Shown: positions 24,840-38,023 of the stretch, piece by piece
How positions within the stretch are numbered: the first letter of the stretch is position 1
Layout: every line of letters starts with the position of its first letter
From: Lingula anatina
Taxonomy: Eukaryota; Animalia; Brachiopoda
Assembly: GCA_051362555.1 (NCBI GenBank)
Contig: CM120642.1
Span: 4,340,001 to 4,404,000, forward strand
DNA: 64,000 nucleotides
Direction: 5' to 3'
Made by a program: the position numbers and the translations under genes
Notes under the pieces: generated by a model
The model's database searches: none
Seen by the model: the letters and a program-made list of their open reading frames with translations, nothing else
Told to the model about the DNA's origin: nothing

Positions 24840-26078
24840 ATGGCTACACGGCCTGGATTTATTTTTCTAGCCTTCAGTTTACTTTGGGATATAAGTAAAA
24901 TACAAGGTAAGCTTACGAAACAATAGATTCAACGGTAAAAATATAACAACTACAGCTTTAAAATTAAAAATGGCAAAATTCTTAAATCGAGGGAATAACC
25001 GTATAATTATCATTTCCTACTCCGTGTACATGGATTCGGCGCCTTCCAAAATACAGCACTGTCATTTTAAAATTTAATCTTTCTAAATTCATTTATTTAT
25101 CTTTACATCCGACAGTAAGAGGGCGTGGCTCGAGTGAATGCGACGCACCGACCCCTGTACCTTGGGCAGACCAGAATGTCACTACGAACGACAACCCCAT
25201 CGGAACAGTGGTCAAATACCAATGTGGGCGTGGAATGACCTTTGGTCAGTGGGGGCCTGTGGTGTACAGAACGTGCGATACTGATTTAACCTGGACCGGA
25301 AGTGATGCGACTACTTGCACTGGTCAGTACGGGTTGGTAAAAAAATAGTCCCAAACTTTAAAGGTGTTCATTATGAATCAGGAAAATCGGGAAATCTTGG
25401 ACAATATTGCTTCATGAAATAACCTGCATTACCTTAATATTATTTTGGGAACAGATACTTTTACTTATAGTTACTCGTAGAACATCGCTGTACATAGGGT
25501 TTAGCTTGAAATCATAGCGTTTAGCTTGATATCGTAGATCGATCTAACTCTACAGTCACTGTCGTTGAATGTCAGCTCAGTTTAAAAGATGACTACGCCT
25601 CCTCCTGCCGTTGAATAGAATGCAGAAAAAGTTGGCGATTATACAAGTTCGTGGGAAACAGGAGGAGGCGTGTTAAACTAACGCCCCATTCAGAATAGGG
25701 GACTAACTAGTCCGAGGGTCAAATATGGCGACCCACCACAAAGCTTGCCATCTAATCCGCTAATAGGCACAAAATAGAAATCCCGTGGGGAACTAGTCAA
25801 GTGGGTAGGCCATATTTGACCCTCGGACTAGTTAGGCCCCTATTCTGAATGCGGCCTAATTGCATTCAGAGAGCTCAAACTTTTCGACCCTAGTTTGGAT
25901 TACATCAGTACACGAGAGCCCCATAGAAGTCCACTTGATTGAAGAAGGTATTGATCTGACACCTTTGTCGCGCGCGTTTTTTTTTAAACACAACAGCAAA
26001 GTTTTATACGGTTGAACTACTATACTCCTTTTTTCTTCGACCAAGTAAAACTTCTAGTTTGGTCTAAAAGGTTTAGAC

Positions 26079-26131
<53 letters not shown>

Positions 26132-29100
26132 CAGACCCCAGGACTCAAAGGTTGACAGGCACAAACGTTTTCTTAAGAGTTTGTGACTCGAAATAGACGG
26201 CAACGTCATCGCTCATTTAAAATTATTTTCATAATTGACGGTGACATAGAATTCAACGGCGTCTGAATTCAATACATATTTGGAAGAAAAACATTATTTG
26301 TAGTTTGAGGCTATTTAAGAGATGCATTGATTAGGGAAGAAAATAGTTTTGAAAAGCGTTTCTATTTGCACTGTTCCCATTTAGATCGTAGGTCTGTCGC
26401 CCTTCACATAACGGCATAATGGAAAAACGCGTGATTTTCAAAGTCTATCTAATCCCATTCACCAATATATAAAAACAAAATGAAGTTTCATGATAAGCCC
26501 ATCCCGGTAAAATACTATATATTTCTGTCGTTTTATCATCGACCTTTAATCAAACTTCTATTTACCCTTATATACTTGACTGAACAATAAACGCCAAGGA
26601 TCAGTGGGAAGACTTTTTTCTGGACACTTGAAAGGCTGGAATCTAAATTGGACACTGAAAGGAAAACTGGTACAATTAAGATTAATTATGGAGGTCATCA
26701 AGATCAATGCCGTCTGACCTTGCTGTTGTGAACATTTTAACGATCAATTTATTTCAACAATAAATGCATGAATCAGCATAAAAAGTGGAGCCTAGCGAGT
26801 TTCCTTTATATTGTGAACGTGCAAAGCAACACTCTTTATACAAATAATGTCAGATGAAACTGTCTTGAAGTTGTTGCACATGCCAAGTATATCAGGCACG
26901 ATGAACATAAATGTGTTGGAAATAAATGTTGATATTTTAAGCGGCGTCTAAAATTAAAGTCTGCATATAAAAAATTAAGGCACTCAGATATTTAAACGAT
27001 AATATCTTTTTGGAATATCAGTTTTCAAATATAAATTTGAAACTAAACTTCATTTGTATTGTTACGTGCACGGCCTTTCTTTCTCTTCAGTAAGTCGACT
27101 ATTAATCATAATAAGGATAACCTTTGCAGACGTTTTCCAAGCTTATAGACTTCACGTTGACGTAGTTGAGCCACGTGATTCCTGGTGCTTTTTCGTCTGT
27201 CCGTCTGACTGTCTGTCTGTCTGTATATCTGCAGGATTTACGATCAAGGCCACATTTCAGGAGCATACATGTAAGCCTATGTAATGGTGGGCTTTCACTT
27301 CCAGTTGCTTTTTCTTAAAGTCCTCCATAGTTTCCAAAATACATGTAGCTGTTTCTGATCCTGATATTCAGTACCATGCATGTATCTTGAATCTAATGAT
27401 AATAATTGTAATAATAATAATAGGGAGAAAGTGATTACACCCAAAATAAGCAGCTGGAGAGGTCCCAAATGCTAATCAAAGGCAGAGCTGCTCAATGTGG
27501 CAAGATATTTTTAAAGTAAAAAAGTATTATTATTATTATTAATATTTTGCACACGTTTATAGAATATAACAAATCCCAGATTAATCATATACCTGTTGGT
27601 AACATGCGCCTTTTTATGCCACTAACAGGCGATCTTCAGTCTGCTGGAGTTTGGCCCCTTAATCGCCGTTATGGAGGGACAGACCTTAATGCCAATGGCA
27701 CTCACTTTAACTTGTTGCCCAACGTGACCTTCACCACGGGACCGTGGGGTGACAGGGACGGGGCAGTGTTCCTGGACGGTTCAGCCGGCAGTTATCTTGC
27801 ATCAGGCGCCGCATCTCCAATGTTCGACAACTCATTCACGGTAGCTTTACTGTTGAAGCCCAGGTGTTTTTTATACCTGCAGTATTGTAGACTGTTGCGG
27901 TTCCTGATGCCGAGCGATATACATGTACATGTGGGTTTTAAACGCGATCACGGTGGAATTAAATTAGTGATCAAAAGTGAAGATGTAGAAGGAATTGGAG
28001 AAGTACTCAACGATACATGGCAGTTCATGGCAGTAACGTACAACCACACCACTGCCACGCTTAACTTATGGACAGATACCAACCTCGCTCTTAATGCCCA
28101 AACTGTTTCTCTAATAGCAACAAAGGACATGTCACTGAATTTTATCGTTGGTGAAAGAGAACTGATTGTAGGTGGAACGAGCTCTAGTCTGGTCGAACCA
28201 TTCAGAGGAAATTTGGCATGCCTTCAATTGTATGACGTGGCATTGGAGGCTTCCGGTCTACAGGACATACGATTGGCGTGTAAGTATGTTTGGCATAAAA
28301 GGTCACCTTTAGCGCATTAAAAGATTCACCTGTCCAGTCGTTAGAGACACAAGTCCAGAAGGTTAATTCTCAGTATCGTCATTATTGCCAAAGATTTCAG
28401 GATCGGACAGCTATAAACTTCCTAACAAGGCTCGCCTGTTCAACAACAAATAATGAATTTGTTAATAGTAATGGTGAAGATATATCATTCTTACAGTGTT
28501 AACATATGCATTATCACCTAACTTTTAATAGTCAGTAGTATCAATGATTTTTAATGATGCCAGTTATTCATTATTGTATACCTGTACTTTCATGAATTTA
28601 TGGCACCCCTATAGAAAACACTATAAACTTGAATATAATTTATAAAATACACGATAAAAAAGGCAACAACATACTATCAAATCAAGTGCATTTTGATAAG
28701 CACATTATATTCATTTTTCAATGCAGGTTTACCGCAACCATTAGGGTTATGGCCAATGACCGTTGAATATCCAACACAAGATTTGAGTGGCTTTAACTCC
28801 GATTTGATAGTAAACAATCCTGACATCAACCCGACTGTTTCACCAATGCCGTCAGTGCATGGATGCATGAAGCTTTGGGGCACACCAAACAGTCTGGTGC
28901 AAATAGTAAACAATGGACACTTGACCGTACAACATGTAGTGTCCGTGCTGTTCTACTTAGATGTCGATGTACGTAATGACGATGGAGACTACAGACATCC
29001 CGTAAGTTTTTTCAGGCAGTATTTATACGAAGATATAGCCCCTCCCGGTCTAGAAATTTTAGTGACCAATGGGAGAATCACTTTACAGACAGTCAAGAAC

Positions 29101-29499
29101 AACCAGAGCACATTTTACGCAGATGTATCATCTGGGCGGTTTATGTCTACAGACGAAAGTGATTTAATACCTAACATATGGCATCACATTGGCGCAGTGA
29201 CGAAAAAGTCCCCAACAGCGTCATCTGTATTAATGGAAGTGTTTGTCGACGGCACTTTAAATAAAGACGATTCAGAGTTGACGACCGAAGACCTAACGTC
29301 GATCTTGGGGGATATTGGCGTCGGCGGCGGAGGCTCGGGCTTTGCGGGGAAAATGTCATGTTTGCAAATATACGATATAGATGTGCAGTTGGATCAGAAC
29401 TACATCAGGTTTAGGGACATCTGTAACGGTGAGCAGAGCGTACGAACGAGAAAGATAGAGAGAGAGAGAGGTGAATGGCGAGTGTAGACGGTTTCTGTT

Positions 29500-29538
<39 letters not shown>

Positions 29539-32210
29539 TCTACGTATTTACGTATTATCTACGTATTATCATTAGATATGCTATTGCTGACTCTTGTATG
29601 CCACAAAGAGTGAACGTGTTTAAAAGCATTTGTCAGGATATTGAATTTTATGAAAAATACAGAAACACTATTTTTAATTAGCCAATGGAAATTCTGATAT
29701 TACAAATGCAAAATATGTCTTAAAAACATACTTATACCTAGGTTTGATTCTGTTTTGTATGAAAAGTAATGCGATTCGCACGTAATCATTTCATGACAAA
29801 ATAATACCATGCAGAGACATTTAAATGTTTAACAAGTATTTTTAAAACATCTATATTAAAAATACAAGAATTATTTTTGCCCCATAAGGGATTTTTTGTG
29901 TATTTTTATGTTCTCCTTTAACCCCAGCTAACAAGCTAAGGGACGCACCCCAATATTCGCCGCACGGACAAACGGATGTTTCAAGCTCTCCAGGCCAAGG
30001 CAGTGATCCCCCAGACGGGATGGTCACCCCGAGAATAGACACAGAACTTCCTTCAAGCACTAGCACAGAGCAATTCAGTCTAACTGACGTCGATGCTGAT
30101 TCCATGACTTCCATAACGGAATACACTAGCGCGGTAATGCAGCAAGCTCCAAACAGGTCTTTAACTGTGCCTTCCTTAACGGCACCATTAACTGAACACA
30201 CAACTGAAATGGCATTCTCTGTTGATGGCGGCGAGATTGCAACTGAAGTGCCCTCGGTGATCGTGTCAAACAAATCTTCTTCAGCGTCGTATTCAACTTT
30301 TAACACAAGTGACTTGGCTTCTGTTAACGCTGCCACAATGGATACAGGAACGAACTGCCTCCATAACGACTGTTGGACTACGCAAACGGCAACAGCAAGT
30401 GTTGTTTCAGAACCTGAAGTTAGTGATTTAGAGAATGCGGAAAATATGACCAGGACGTCAACTGATCCTGCTACCCATTATGCTGATGACAGTGCCAACT
30501 CTTTATTGCCGAGTATGGGCTGGAACCTGCTTGAATCACGGTCATCCGAACACCAAACAAGTGCCACGTCGTCACTGGCGTCATTAGATGTCGCGGGGAC
30601 CACTGCGGGTAAATACAAATGGGATATGATAGCGTTTGGGTTCTTTAACTACACTGTTTATCAATGACCACCACTTTGATTCAACATGTATCTGGGCGTA
30701 TACATCAAAACCCCGCTCGTCATTCAAATATTAAAATTTTTCATTCCAATTTTCCCAGTCGGGTAGACAATTACCAGCCTTAACATTCCCATTACCTATT
30801 GTGTCATGATTTTTTTGCAGCATAATTAAAATTAAGAGCAGCACGTGCGTATAATATTTTGTTTTATGTGTATAAAAGGAATGCTTATTCAGTCAGGGCA
30901 GAATCCCCTCAGCTGTGTAATGTTATCAGAGTATACTTCAAATATTTCGATGTCTGTCTAGGGTATCTTCACCGGGGAATGAGGCTATCCAGGCGAATTG
31001 AAGTATTGGAGGTAAACAATTTCAGTAGTTTAATGCTGTTGATAATGCTACTTCAATGCCTATTCAGGCCATGATTTTGTATTTCGTTCTAGCACCGTTC
31101 TGCGGATCTGCTAGTCAGGTGTTCAAAACTATGAGCAACGGCAGTGCCCCCCACCACGGTATAGGCACTGTGGTAGTATACACATGCACAGACAACTTGA
31201 CTTTCCCTGATGGAATGACGCACAGGAAGATTACGTGCTTGCATACAGGTGTCTGGAGCAACGTGGTTCCGCCATGTGCAGAAGGTATGTTTTGCTCTTT
31301 GTGCGACTGTCTTGTAGTTTTAGGTAGAGAGGCGTACCTAAGTATGAAATTGGAGGTTTGCAAATGACGGAATACGAGTGCAAAGAGCAGAAGCCACGTT
31401 CGCACAGGAGGCTTCTTACTTTTTTTACGAATACGAAAAGATGTCGCTGGTGTGATATATCTTACGTTATTTCTTTTGCGTGTTCTTTCTGTTCTGAAGT
31501 TGACATGGGTGACAAGTGGTGGCATGGGTAAAAAATCGCAGTTCACAACGTAATTCCTCTATTTTCACATAAAATAAATCGCCATGCGAGCAATAGAATA
31601 GGAAAAATATTTACCTTCATTTAACGTAAACACATTTTCACGTGTTTTAATATGTATGTATAGTATGAATTCAAATCGAACATGATATTTTGACGGTTTC
31701 TCAAAATCGCCATAAGCTACATTAACGAAGTGTGAAGAACAAACCCAGCAGGCATAGTTGCGTTGGATCAACGTTGAAAACAGGTTGAAACGTTGAATTG
31801 CCGTTGATCTACCTAAATTCAAGGTAAAATCAACATTGATCCAGCCACGTCAAAACACCGTCATAATGTGACGTTGACTCAACGTTGTATTTTGGTCAAT
31901 GACACAACCTTGCAGTTATGAATTGTAATTTAAAATATTAATTATTGAAAACGTGATACTTTGTTTATCAATACTGTAAATAAATTTATCAAAATAATAA
32001 CAAAATGGTTAAAGTAAAAGTGACCGTTGTTTTGTGTCTTTAGTTAACTAGTGAATTTTCTTAACTTGTTATTCAGAAATACATTCCAATAAAATGGATT
32101 CCTTGCAAGGTCAGCTAACACTAGGATAAATAAGTTGCTGTAAATGTGATGGAGTTAACAGCTCTTGGTAACCTGTTATAGGTAGACAGGTTGAGGTGAC
32201 TGTGACTTTG

Positions 32211-32286
<76 letters not shown>

Positions 32287-32988
32287 TTGTAGTTATCTTC
32301 TTAAGAATATATAAGAAAAGAACTATATGTATTAATCTAAACCTTGGAAATTTTCACTTAAAGGCCATACATTTATACCCAACACATATTTAGCCATTAA
32401 ACATATCCTACTGCTTAACACATCCAGGCTGGGTGGGGTTGATATAACATTGTTTTTTGACGTTGATACAACGTTGTTATCTGAGGTTGACACAACTTTC
32501 AAATCCAACGTTTATTCAATGTCTTCTCAACGTTATGGTTTAACGTTGTTTCAACGTTAAAACAACATAATTTGCCCGCTGGGAAGTGTCATGACTTTTT
32601 TCTCAATTCGTGCTTCATCGTTTGTAAAACCTCCCAATGAAAGTGATTTGTGTCCAATACAATTATGAGTAGCCTACGTGTATGATAAATGAGCAGAGAA
32701 ACAAAAGTTATGAAAACGCACAACAATGAACTTTCATTATTATTTTTATTCGCTGAAGCAATAGAAGGGGTACAACCAAACCGCCGGCGACACCCTAAGA
32801 ACCCCATGGAGGCGCCAGGGGCCGAGGCTATGGGGACATTTGGGCTGTTGATGGTACTCCTCATTATTGGAGGAATTGTTGCGATGGATGTACCGACACT
32901 TCTAAAACATCTGAAAGGAATGAAAAGAAACTTGGGATATTATTCCAAGGGGACCGGAAGGAAGAAAGGCTACTACTACCGCAAATGA
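24840..32988 (+). CDS. 909-aa type I membrane protein: signal peptide, Sushi/CCP, two LamG/pentraxin-like domains, Ser/Thr-rich stalk, Sushi/CCP, TM, basic tail; exons 24840-24906, 25116-25322, 27629-28279, 28727-29428, 29928-30608, 31093-31284, 32759-32988
   Basis: 2730 nt open frame; all six introns are GT-AG phase 1. CCP patterns GTVVKYQC...C...W...C and GTVVVYTC...C...W...C; LamG-like GxWP...W[QH]xxxVT...FxGxxxCLQxYD; hydrophobic FGLLMVLLIIGGIVAM. Confidence 0.85.
25682..25856. mobile_element. 175-bp MITE, TAA TSD (PIF/Harbinger-like)
   Basis: About 55-bp TIR (CATTCAGAATAGGGG...CTAGTCCGAGGGTCAAATATGGC) with TAA on both sides. Confidence 0.8.
26083..26128. repeat. Poly(T) tract
   Basis: Uninterrupted T run of more than 40 nt. 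Confidence 0.95.
29448..29538. repeat. Compound (GA)n/(GT)n microsatellite
   Basis: Directly visible. Confidence 0.9.
31744..32583. mobile_element. 840-bp non-autonomous element with CCCAGC termini and 2-bp TSD (EnSpm/CACTA-like); contains (TA)n at about 32212-32284
   Basis: AA|CCCAGCAGGCA ... TGCCCGCTGGG|AA, with clustered subterminal AACGTT motifs at both ends. Confidence 0.75.
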
Positions 32989-35589
32989 ACTCTTGTTTAT
33001 AAGTTAATTTATACTGAACTTTTGTCTGATACATTTCGGCTACACACAGACATGGTGAATGTACCTTAAACTACGTCCTGGGTTTTATTTAAAACAGTTT
33101 CCGTGATATTTTCTGTTGATTTCAAGTGAAATTGCATAAGATTTAAATACTCCAGCGCACGTGCAGCTTCGGGGATTTATGTTCAGTACCGTATATTACA
33201 TCCGGGCGTTCGGCGGGTCGCGCCACTGATCGATACGGGAACTTGTACTAATGGGAAGCAGGAGTCCAAGGGGGTGTAATCGCTAATCAGGTCCAGGACA
33301 GACCCAAAAGACCCAAAATTTGTGATTTTGTTAGGTTCCCAAAGAGTGGTTTTTAATCCATTTCATGCTAGTTTTAAATGTTAACATCAGGCACAAGGGA
33401 GCATTCCCATTTACCCATCGTACAAGCTGGATCGATCTAACTCTGTGGGGATTCTCCCTAAATTGCATTCAGTGTAAGCGGCTGAAATGTCTGGCACGCC
33501 CACTCAAGCTGCTAGAGGGCAATTCACGATAGTTAGTTACACTACCTTTCGACGTTCTTTCACAACTTTTGCCAGCTACAGGTTTTTCGCTTGGCAAAGC
33601 CATTAAGAGTTAAGCAACCATAATGCAACGCGAATCTATTGCTTAGATGTTGATGCAGCTTCCAAAACTTGGCAAAGACGACAAATATCGAAAGTATTAT
33701 GGATATTATAAGCAGGCACGTAGCCAGGAAGTTCGTGTGAAGGTCCGCTTTTTCTTTCATCTGGGTCAAATGGTGTTCATTTAAACGACATCTGAGGAAG
33801 TCTACTTGTTACATTTTCGTTCTAACGAAAGGAAAGAGAGAAAAATATGATAAATCGGGAGATTTTGCGTCTGAACTGGTAGATCAGGTGATATTTCCCA
33901 TTATTTTGTCCAGGCCCAAATCGAGAGACTCCGACGAGATCAGGAGTGTTGACAGGCTACGAGAGTTTATTTCAGGTGTCGCACGGAGAATTCTTGACCC
34001 TTCTGGTCGTAGAAGCTCGTGATAGTGTAACTCACAGTAAAACAGTTGGTGTGCTCATTGTAAAAATGAGTTTTCGTCAGACGTTGGTGTTTTTGAGCCC
34101 AGCAGTAGCCGGTCTTCGTAATAAACAGTTTGCAAGTCGCATTTTTTATGGACTTCCTATATTTTTTGTCCTTATGAAAAAATCCATCATGTTATTGACC
34201 AAAAACATGAAGCCCACACAATTCTGCCAATTTGTCAGTGTTTCTAGGAACGAAGTTCTTTAAATGTAACAAAGCTTAAAGGGATAAAAACTCTTCGTTT
34301 TGGCCAAATAATGAATTTCCCTAGAGTAAACAACAATTTTCCCCATACTTATCAATGGTTAATGAATCCATTTTTACGTTCAAAGTTAGTCCCTGGTTTT
34401 TTTTCTAAAAAGTTTTTTTGTTATAATGTCTTAAGAGATTATAACAGAGTATAGCCATCAGTGGAAGTCACGTGGTCTAAAGACAAGCTCAGATATCAGA
34501 ATAATAGCTATAACTGCCGTTTTTGTGGTACAACAGAATATATTATATTTCTATGAGTTGTTCACAGTGTTTTTATTGTGAAATATAGTTCCCATAGGAA
34601 GAGTTATTATCCCTTTAATTTATTACGATTTTTCACGTGTATATAGGACAGTTTCTGTAAATGTAACAAAGCTTTATTCAATTACTTGTTTCTAGGAATG
34701 AAGTTCCTTTAAAATGTTACAAAGCATTATTGAATGAGATATCGATACAGATAAGTATGTAAATAGCACAGAATACTATCTTGCAGAATACATGTATATC
34801 CTGGAATGTAAGATCTGATAAAGTCAAGTTTGACCAACGACGTCATTTTATATATATATTGACCGATTATTTTGGAACAATCAGAAAAAATAACATGCGA
34901 TCACAGTACAAAAATATCTGATGACAGCGCTGTTGCAACGAACTTTTGATGTCGCCTACGAGCAAAGACCTTACAGACCTCATCCAAAGTCAATAATTGT
35001 ATAATATTGCTATAAAAAATATTAAATATGAAGATATTTCTTTTTCCTGGAAATGGTTATTATAATAATAATAATCATAATCATAATACATGTACATACA
35101 TATAAAACGTGATACCTCTGTGATCTTCCCTTTCCTATGGGTTTTGGGGTTTTTATAATTAAAGAAACACACATAACATTTATATGAAAGAAACACATAT
35201 ATATATATGGGTTGCTTTGCAAAATGAATACTTTTAAGGCGTTTTGAGTAACACGAGTAATCGAAACGATACGTAGAAAAAATGCTCATATGTAAAAATA
35301 CAAACTTACATTTGTACAACTGCCTTTGGCAGTGTGAATACACAAAAAACTTAAATATGCATCGACAGAAAAGTGTGCAAAGAAATTTGCGCCCAGAAAT
35401 TAAATTACAAGACGTCTGAAAGCGGCGTTTTTATTCCACTGTATGCGCCGAAAACGTGCAACTCAGAATCTCATCTTTAAAATATACAGTTCAACCTGAA
35501 ATTACGAGTCATGATGAAAACAAGCCTCTTGGTTCTTTTTCTTTACACTATGGGTGTGACTGAATTCAACACCCAGGATTCATCTAATT

Positions 35590-35742
35590 CAGGGCCCCGT
35601 AACTCGAAAGCATCGCGTATCCAGACCGAGCGCAAGCGTCTCGATTCCATAACTCGCCCATACTCGCCCCATATAAAATATTGTAGCCTCTATGTGATGT
35701 CGCTATTCGCAGTGCGCAATGCTTTCGAGTTACGTGGCCAGG
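35590..35742. mobile_element. About 150-bp hairpin MITE downstream of the XK-related gene
   Basis: GGCCCCGTAACTCGAAAGCAT pairs with ATGCTTTCGAGTTACGTGGCC. Confidence 0.7.
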
Positions 35743-35945
35743 GCACTATGTGGTAAACAACTCGCACTGACCCTCAAGTCACAAGTCGTCATTGTTCTGT
35801 GCTGTGAATGTGACGATTTGCAGAAAATTTGCCACTAACAGTTTTGAACATCCTTGGTGTATTCTACGCATTTTACCAACGTCATCTGTTATTTTTACGT
35901 CCAGTTTTATTCCATTCCTGACTATCTTCATGATAAATATCAAGT

Positions 35946-37385
35946 CTACGTGTCTTCATCGTCATCCTGAAGCAGATTGCAATCACAGCGATTTTTTCCA
36001 CAGTAAACTACCACACGAAGCAGCAGACTCAACACCGTAAAGATGATAACAACACACATCACGGTGTAAAACCAAGGATCATTGTCACCACACGGCCGAG
36101 CATCGTGTCTGTGAAATGGGTTCAAAGCGTTCGCCTCGTCCGTAGAATTGCCAAAAGCAGTCCCGGTGAAATTAGCAGAGTCGCTCACAAGAAGGGGGAA
36201 AGAAATAAAGATGACGTTTTCTGTGAGGTACACCACGCTAACAATGGCAAAGATTATAATAGGCAAATCTTCGATAATGCAGAAAATGCTGATGATGCTA
36301 AGAGCAACGCGTATCACATAGCGCCTGATGAAGCTGCCAGAACAGATGCCGCCATTTGTACCGTTGGATTGACGGAGGCGACAGCAGCTGGAGATGAAGT
36401 AAACCACACCGTGGGGGATAATGACAATAAGAATCCAGTATTGAAAGCAAAGGGCACAGTAAACCAGTGCCAACAACCTGCCTATCATAAACATGACCAT
36501 TTCAATGAAATACAGAAACGTGGCGCACGCTGATCGACTCCTTCCACCTGGGCGCGACTTTTGATAAGCCACAATGCCCCAAACGAGAGATATCATTGAA
36601 ATGCTGCCAGATACCATCTGCCATGCAGCCAACTCTGATTTCAGGTCTTGGTATTTCAGCAACAGAAACAAGTTGACCATTAACTGAGGGGCAGACTCCA
36701 GCATGCTTTGAAACAACTTGCATCGAGACAGAACTGGTTCTACCCCCAGGAAGAATAAAATATGTTCCCGCATTTCCTTTTCCACATCGGGTCTATCACG
36801 AGGAATGGTCTTGGTTCCAGAAAGATTGATCTGCTCTTGCATCCGATTCAGTGCCTCTTCATTGGCCTTGTAAGCGTAATACATGACGAGGAACCTTCTC
36901 TTGATAAGCTTCAGATGCAAGCCCCACATCCTTAAATGCGGCAATGGAAAGTCTAAGAGAAATCTGGCATATCTAGGAATTTTATTTATGATGGGAAATT
37001 CCGATACTCTGTCGAAGAGATGGTTGTCGACGAGGGCCATAAGTATATGAGCGGGAATTAACATGCCTATGGCTACCCAGACGGGAGTGCGATACCCTTC
37101 CCCCATTTGGTAGTATAACACGATGAGTATTATATCTGTAACCATGTCTGCCAGAATTAAGAATGTCATACACAGTGCTGACAGGAAGTTCAAGGATAAG
37201 GAAAACTTGAGTGCTTTATGTGAAACATTGATCAGCTTTTGTTTTGATTGCGGCCTGCTTCTACTGATCGGAAGTGAAAGGCTGTGCGGAGGAGAGTTGG
37301 ACAGGGAAACATTATCTTGTGATGAATTTTTCTCTGAATTTTCCTCCAGTTCGATCCCGCTCACATGTTGCTCTTTTTCTGCCAT
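35946..37385 (-). CDS. XK-related (Xkr/CED-8 family) multipass membrane protein, 479 aa, single coding exon
   Basis: Family motifs ADMVTDI, LFQSMLESAPQLMVNL, SISMISLVWGI, GRLLAL, YLTEN; many hydrophobic helices. Confidence 0.9.
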   Translation of the reverse strand: MAEKEQHVSGIELEENSEKNSSQDNVSLSNSPPHSLSLPISRSRPQSKQKLINVSHKALKFSLSLNFLSALCMTFLILADMVTDIILIVLYYQMGEGYRTPVWVAIGMLIPAHILMALVDNHLFDRVSEFPIINKIPRYARFLLDFPLPHLRMWGLHLKLIKRRFLVMYYAYKANEEALNRMQEQINLSGTKTIPRDRPDVEKEMREHILFFLGVEPVLSRCKLFQSMLESAPQLMVNLFLLLKYQDLKSELAAWQMVSGSISMISLVWGIVAYQKSRPGGRSRSACATFLYFIEMVMFMIGRLLALVYCALCFQYWILIVIIPHGVVYFISSCCRLRQSNGTNGGICSGSFIRRYVIRVALSIISIFCIIEDLPIIIFAIVSVVYLTENVIFISFPLLVSDSANFTGTAFGNSTDEANALNPFHRHDARPCGDNDPWFYTVMCVVIIFTVLSLLLRVVVYCGKNRCDCNLLQDDDEDT

Positions 37386-37812
37386 TCTGTCTCAAATTTT
37401 CTCAACGATGTTTTCTGAAAGGAAAATGATATTGATTTCATCACAAAATTAGGACAGGTACAAAAGGTTGTCTTATTTTTTTCCACTTTAAATGAAAGAG
37501 TTGGACTGGGGACCTGGATCCGCCATTTTGATTTGTAAGGGGACAGGGAGGCAATATTCCCGCGTTTGCATAAAGAAATTGGCATAATTTATGCTTACTG
37601 ATTTAATTTATGCACTGTTAGAAATAGTCTGTACTCTTTTTTAGTCCAAGGAACATTCTTTTCAAGTTAGACATTTGTACTACAAAATGCAGCATTTGCC
37701 CAATTTTCGGTCCTAAACAAGCCTACTACATGTAGTACTAAACTGGGGAACATAAATAATAAGCTGCAATATACTCTCATACATGTATTAATCAAGTCCA
37801 CAGTGATCACTC

Positions 37813-38023
37813 CAGTGGCGGATTTAGAGGGGGTCGGGGGGGCGGTCCTCACCACCCCTTCGATTTCTGGGTCCTCTCTTGATATTAGATTTTTGACTAG
37901 CTGAATCATAGTACTAAACCGTACCAAATGGCACCGTTCGCCCTCTAAAATACCAAATTAGGGGGGATACTTTTCATCCTCGGACCCCCCCCCCCTCCTC
38001 AAATAAACCTGGATCCGCCCGTG
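37813..38023. mobile_element. CAGTGGCGGA-family MITE, 5-bp TSD CACTC
   Basis: CACTC|CAGTGGCGGATT ... GGATCCGCCCGTG|CACTC; similar to 6033-6294. Confidence 0.8.

Noticed and set aside
29851-30336. 161-aa minus-strand ORF
   Set aside because: Shadow of the Ser/Thr-rich exon of the Sushi/LamG gene.
32196-32393. ORF with YIYIYI repeats
   Set aside because: Translation of a (TA)n microsatellite.
33560-34263. Higher-complexity stretch with ORFs 33560-33769 and 33946-34263
   Set aside because: No recognisable domain or consistent splice structure in the frames examined. It may be a decayed gene or transposon; BLASTX is needed.
36105-37452. Plus-strand ORFs 36105-36533 and 37123-37452
   Set aside because: Antisense shadows of the XK-related CDS with no recognisable motifs.
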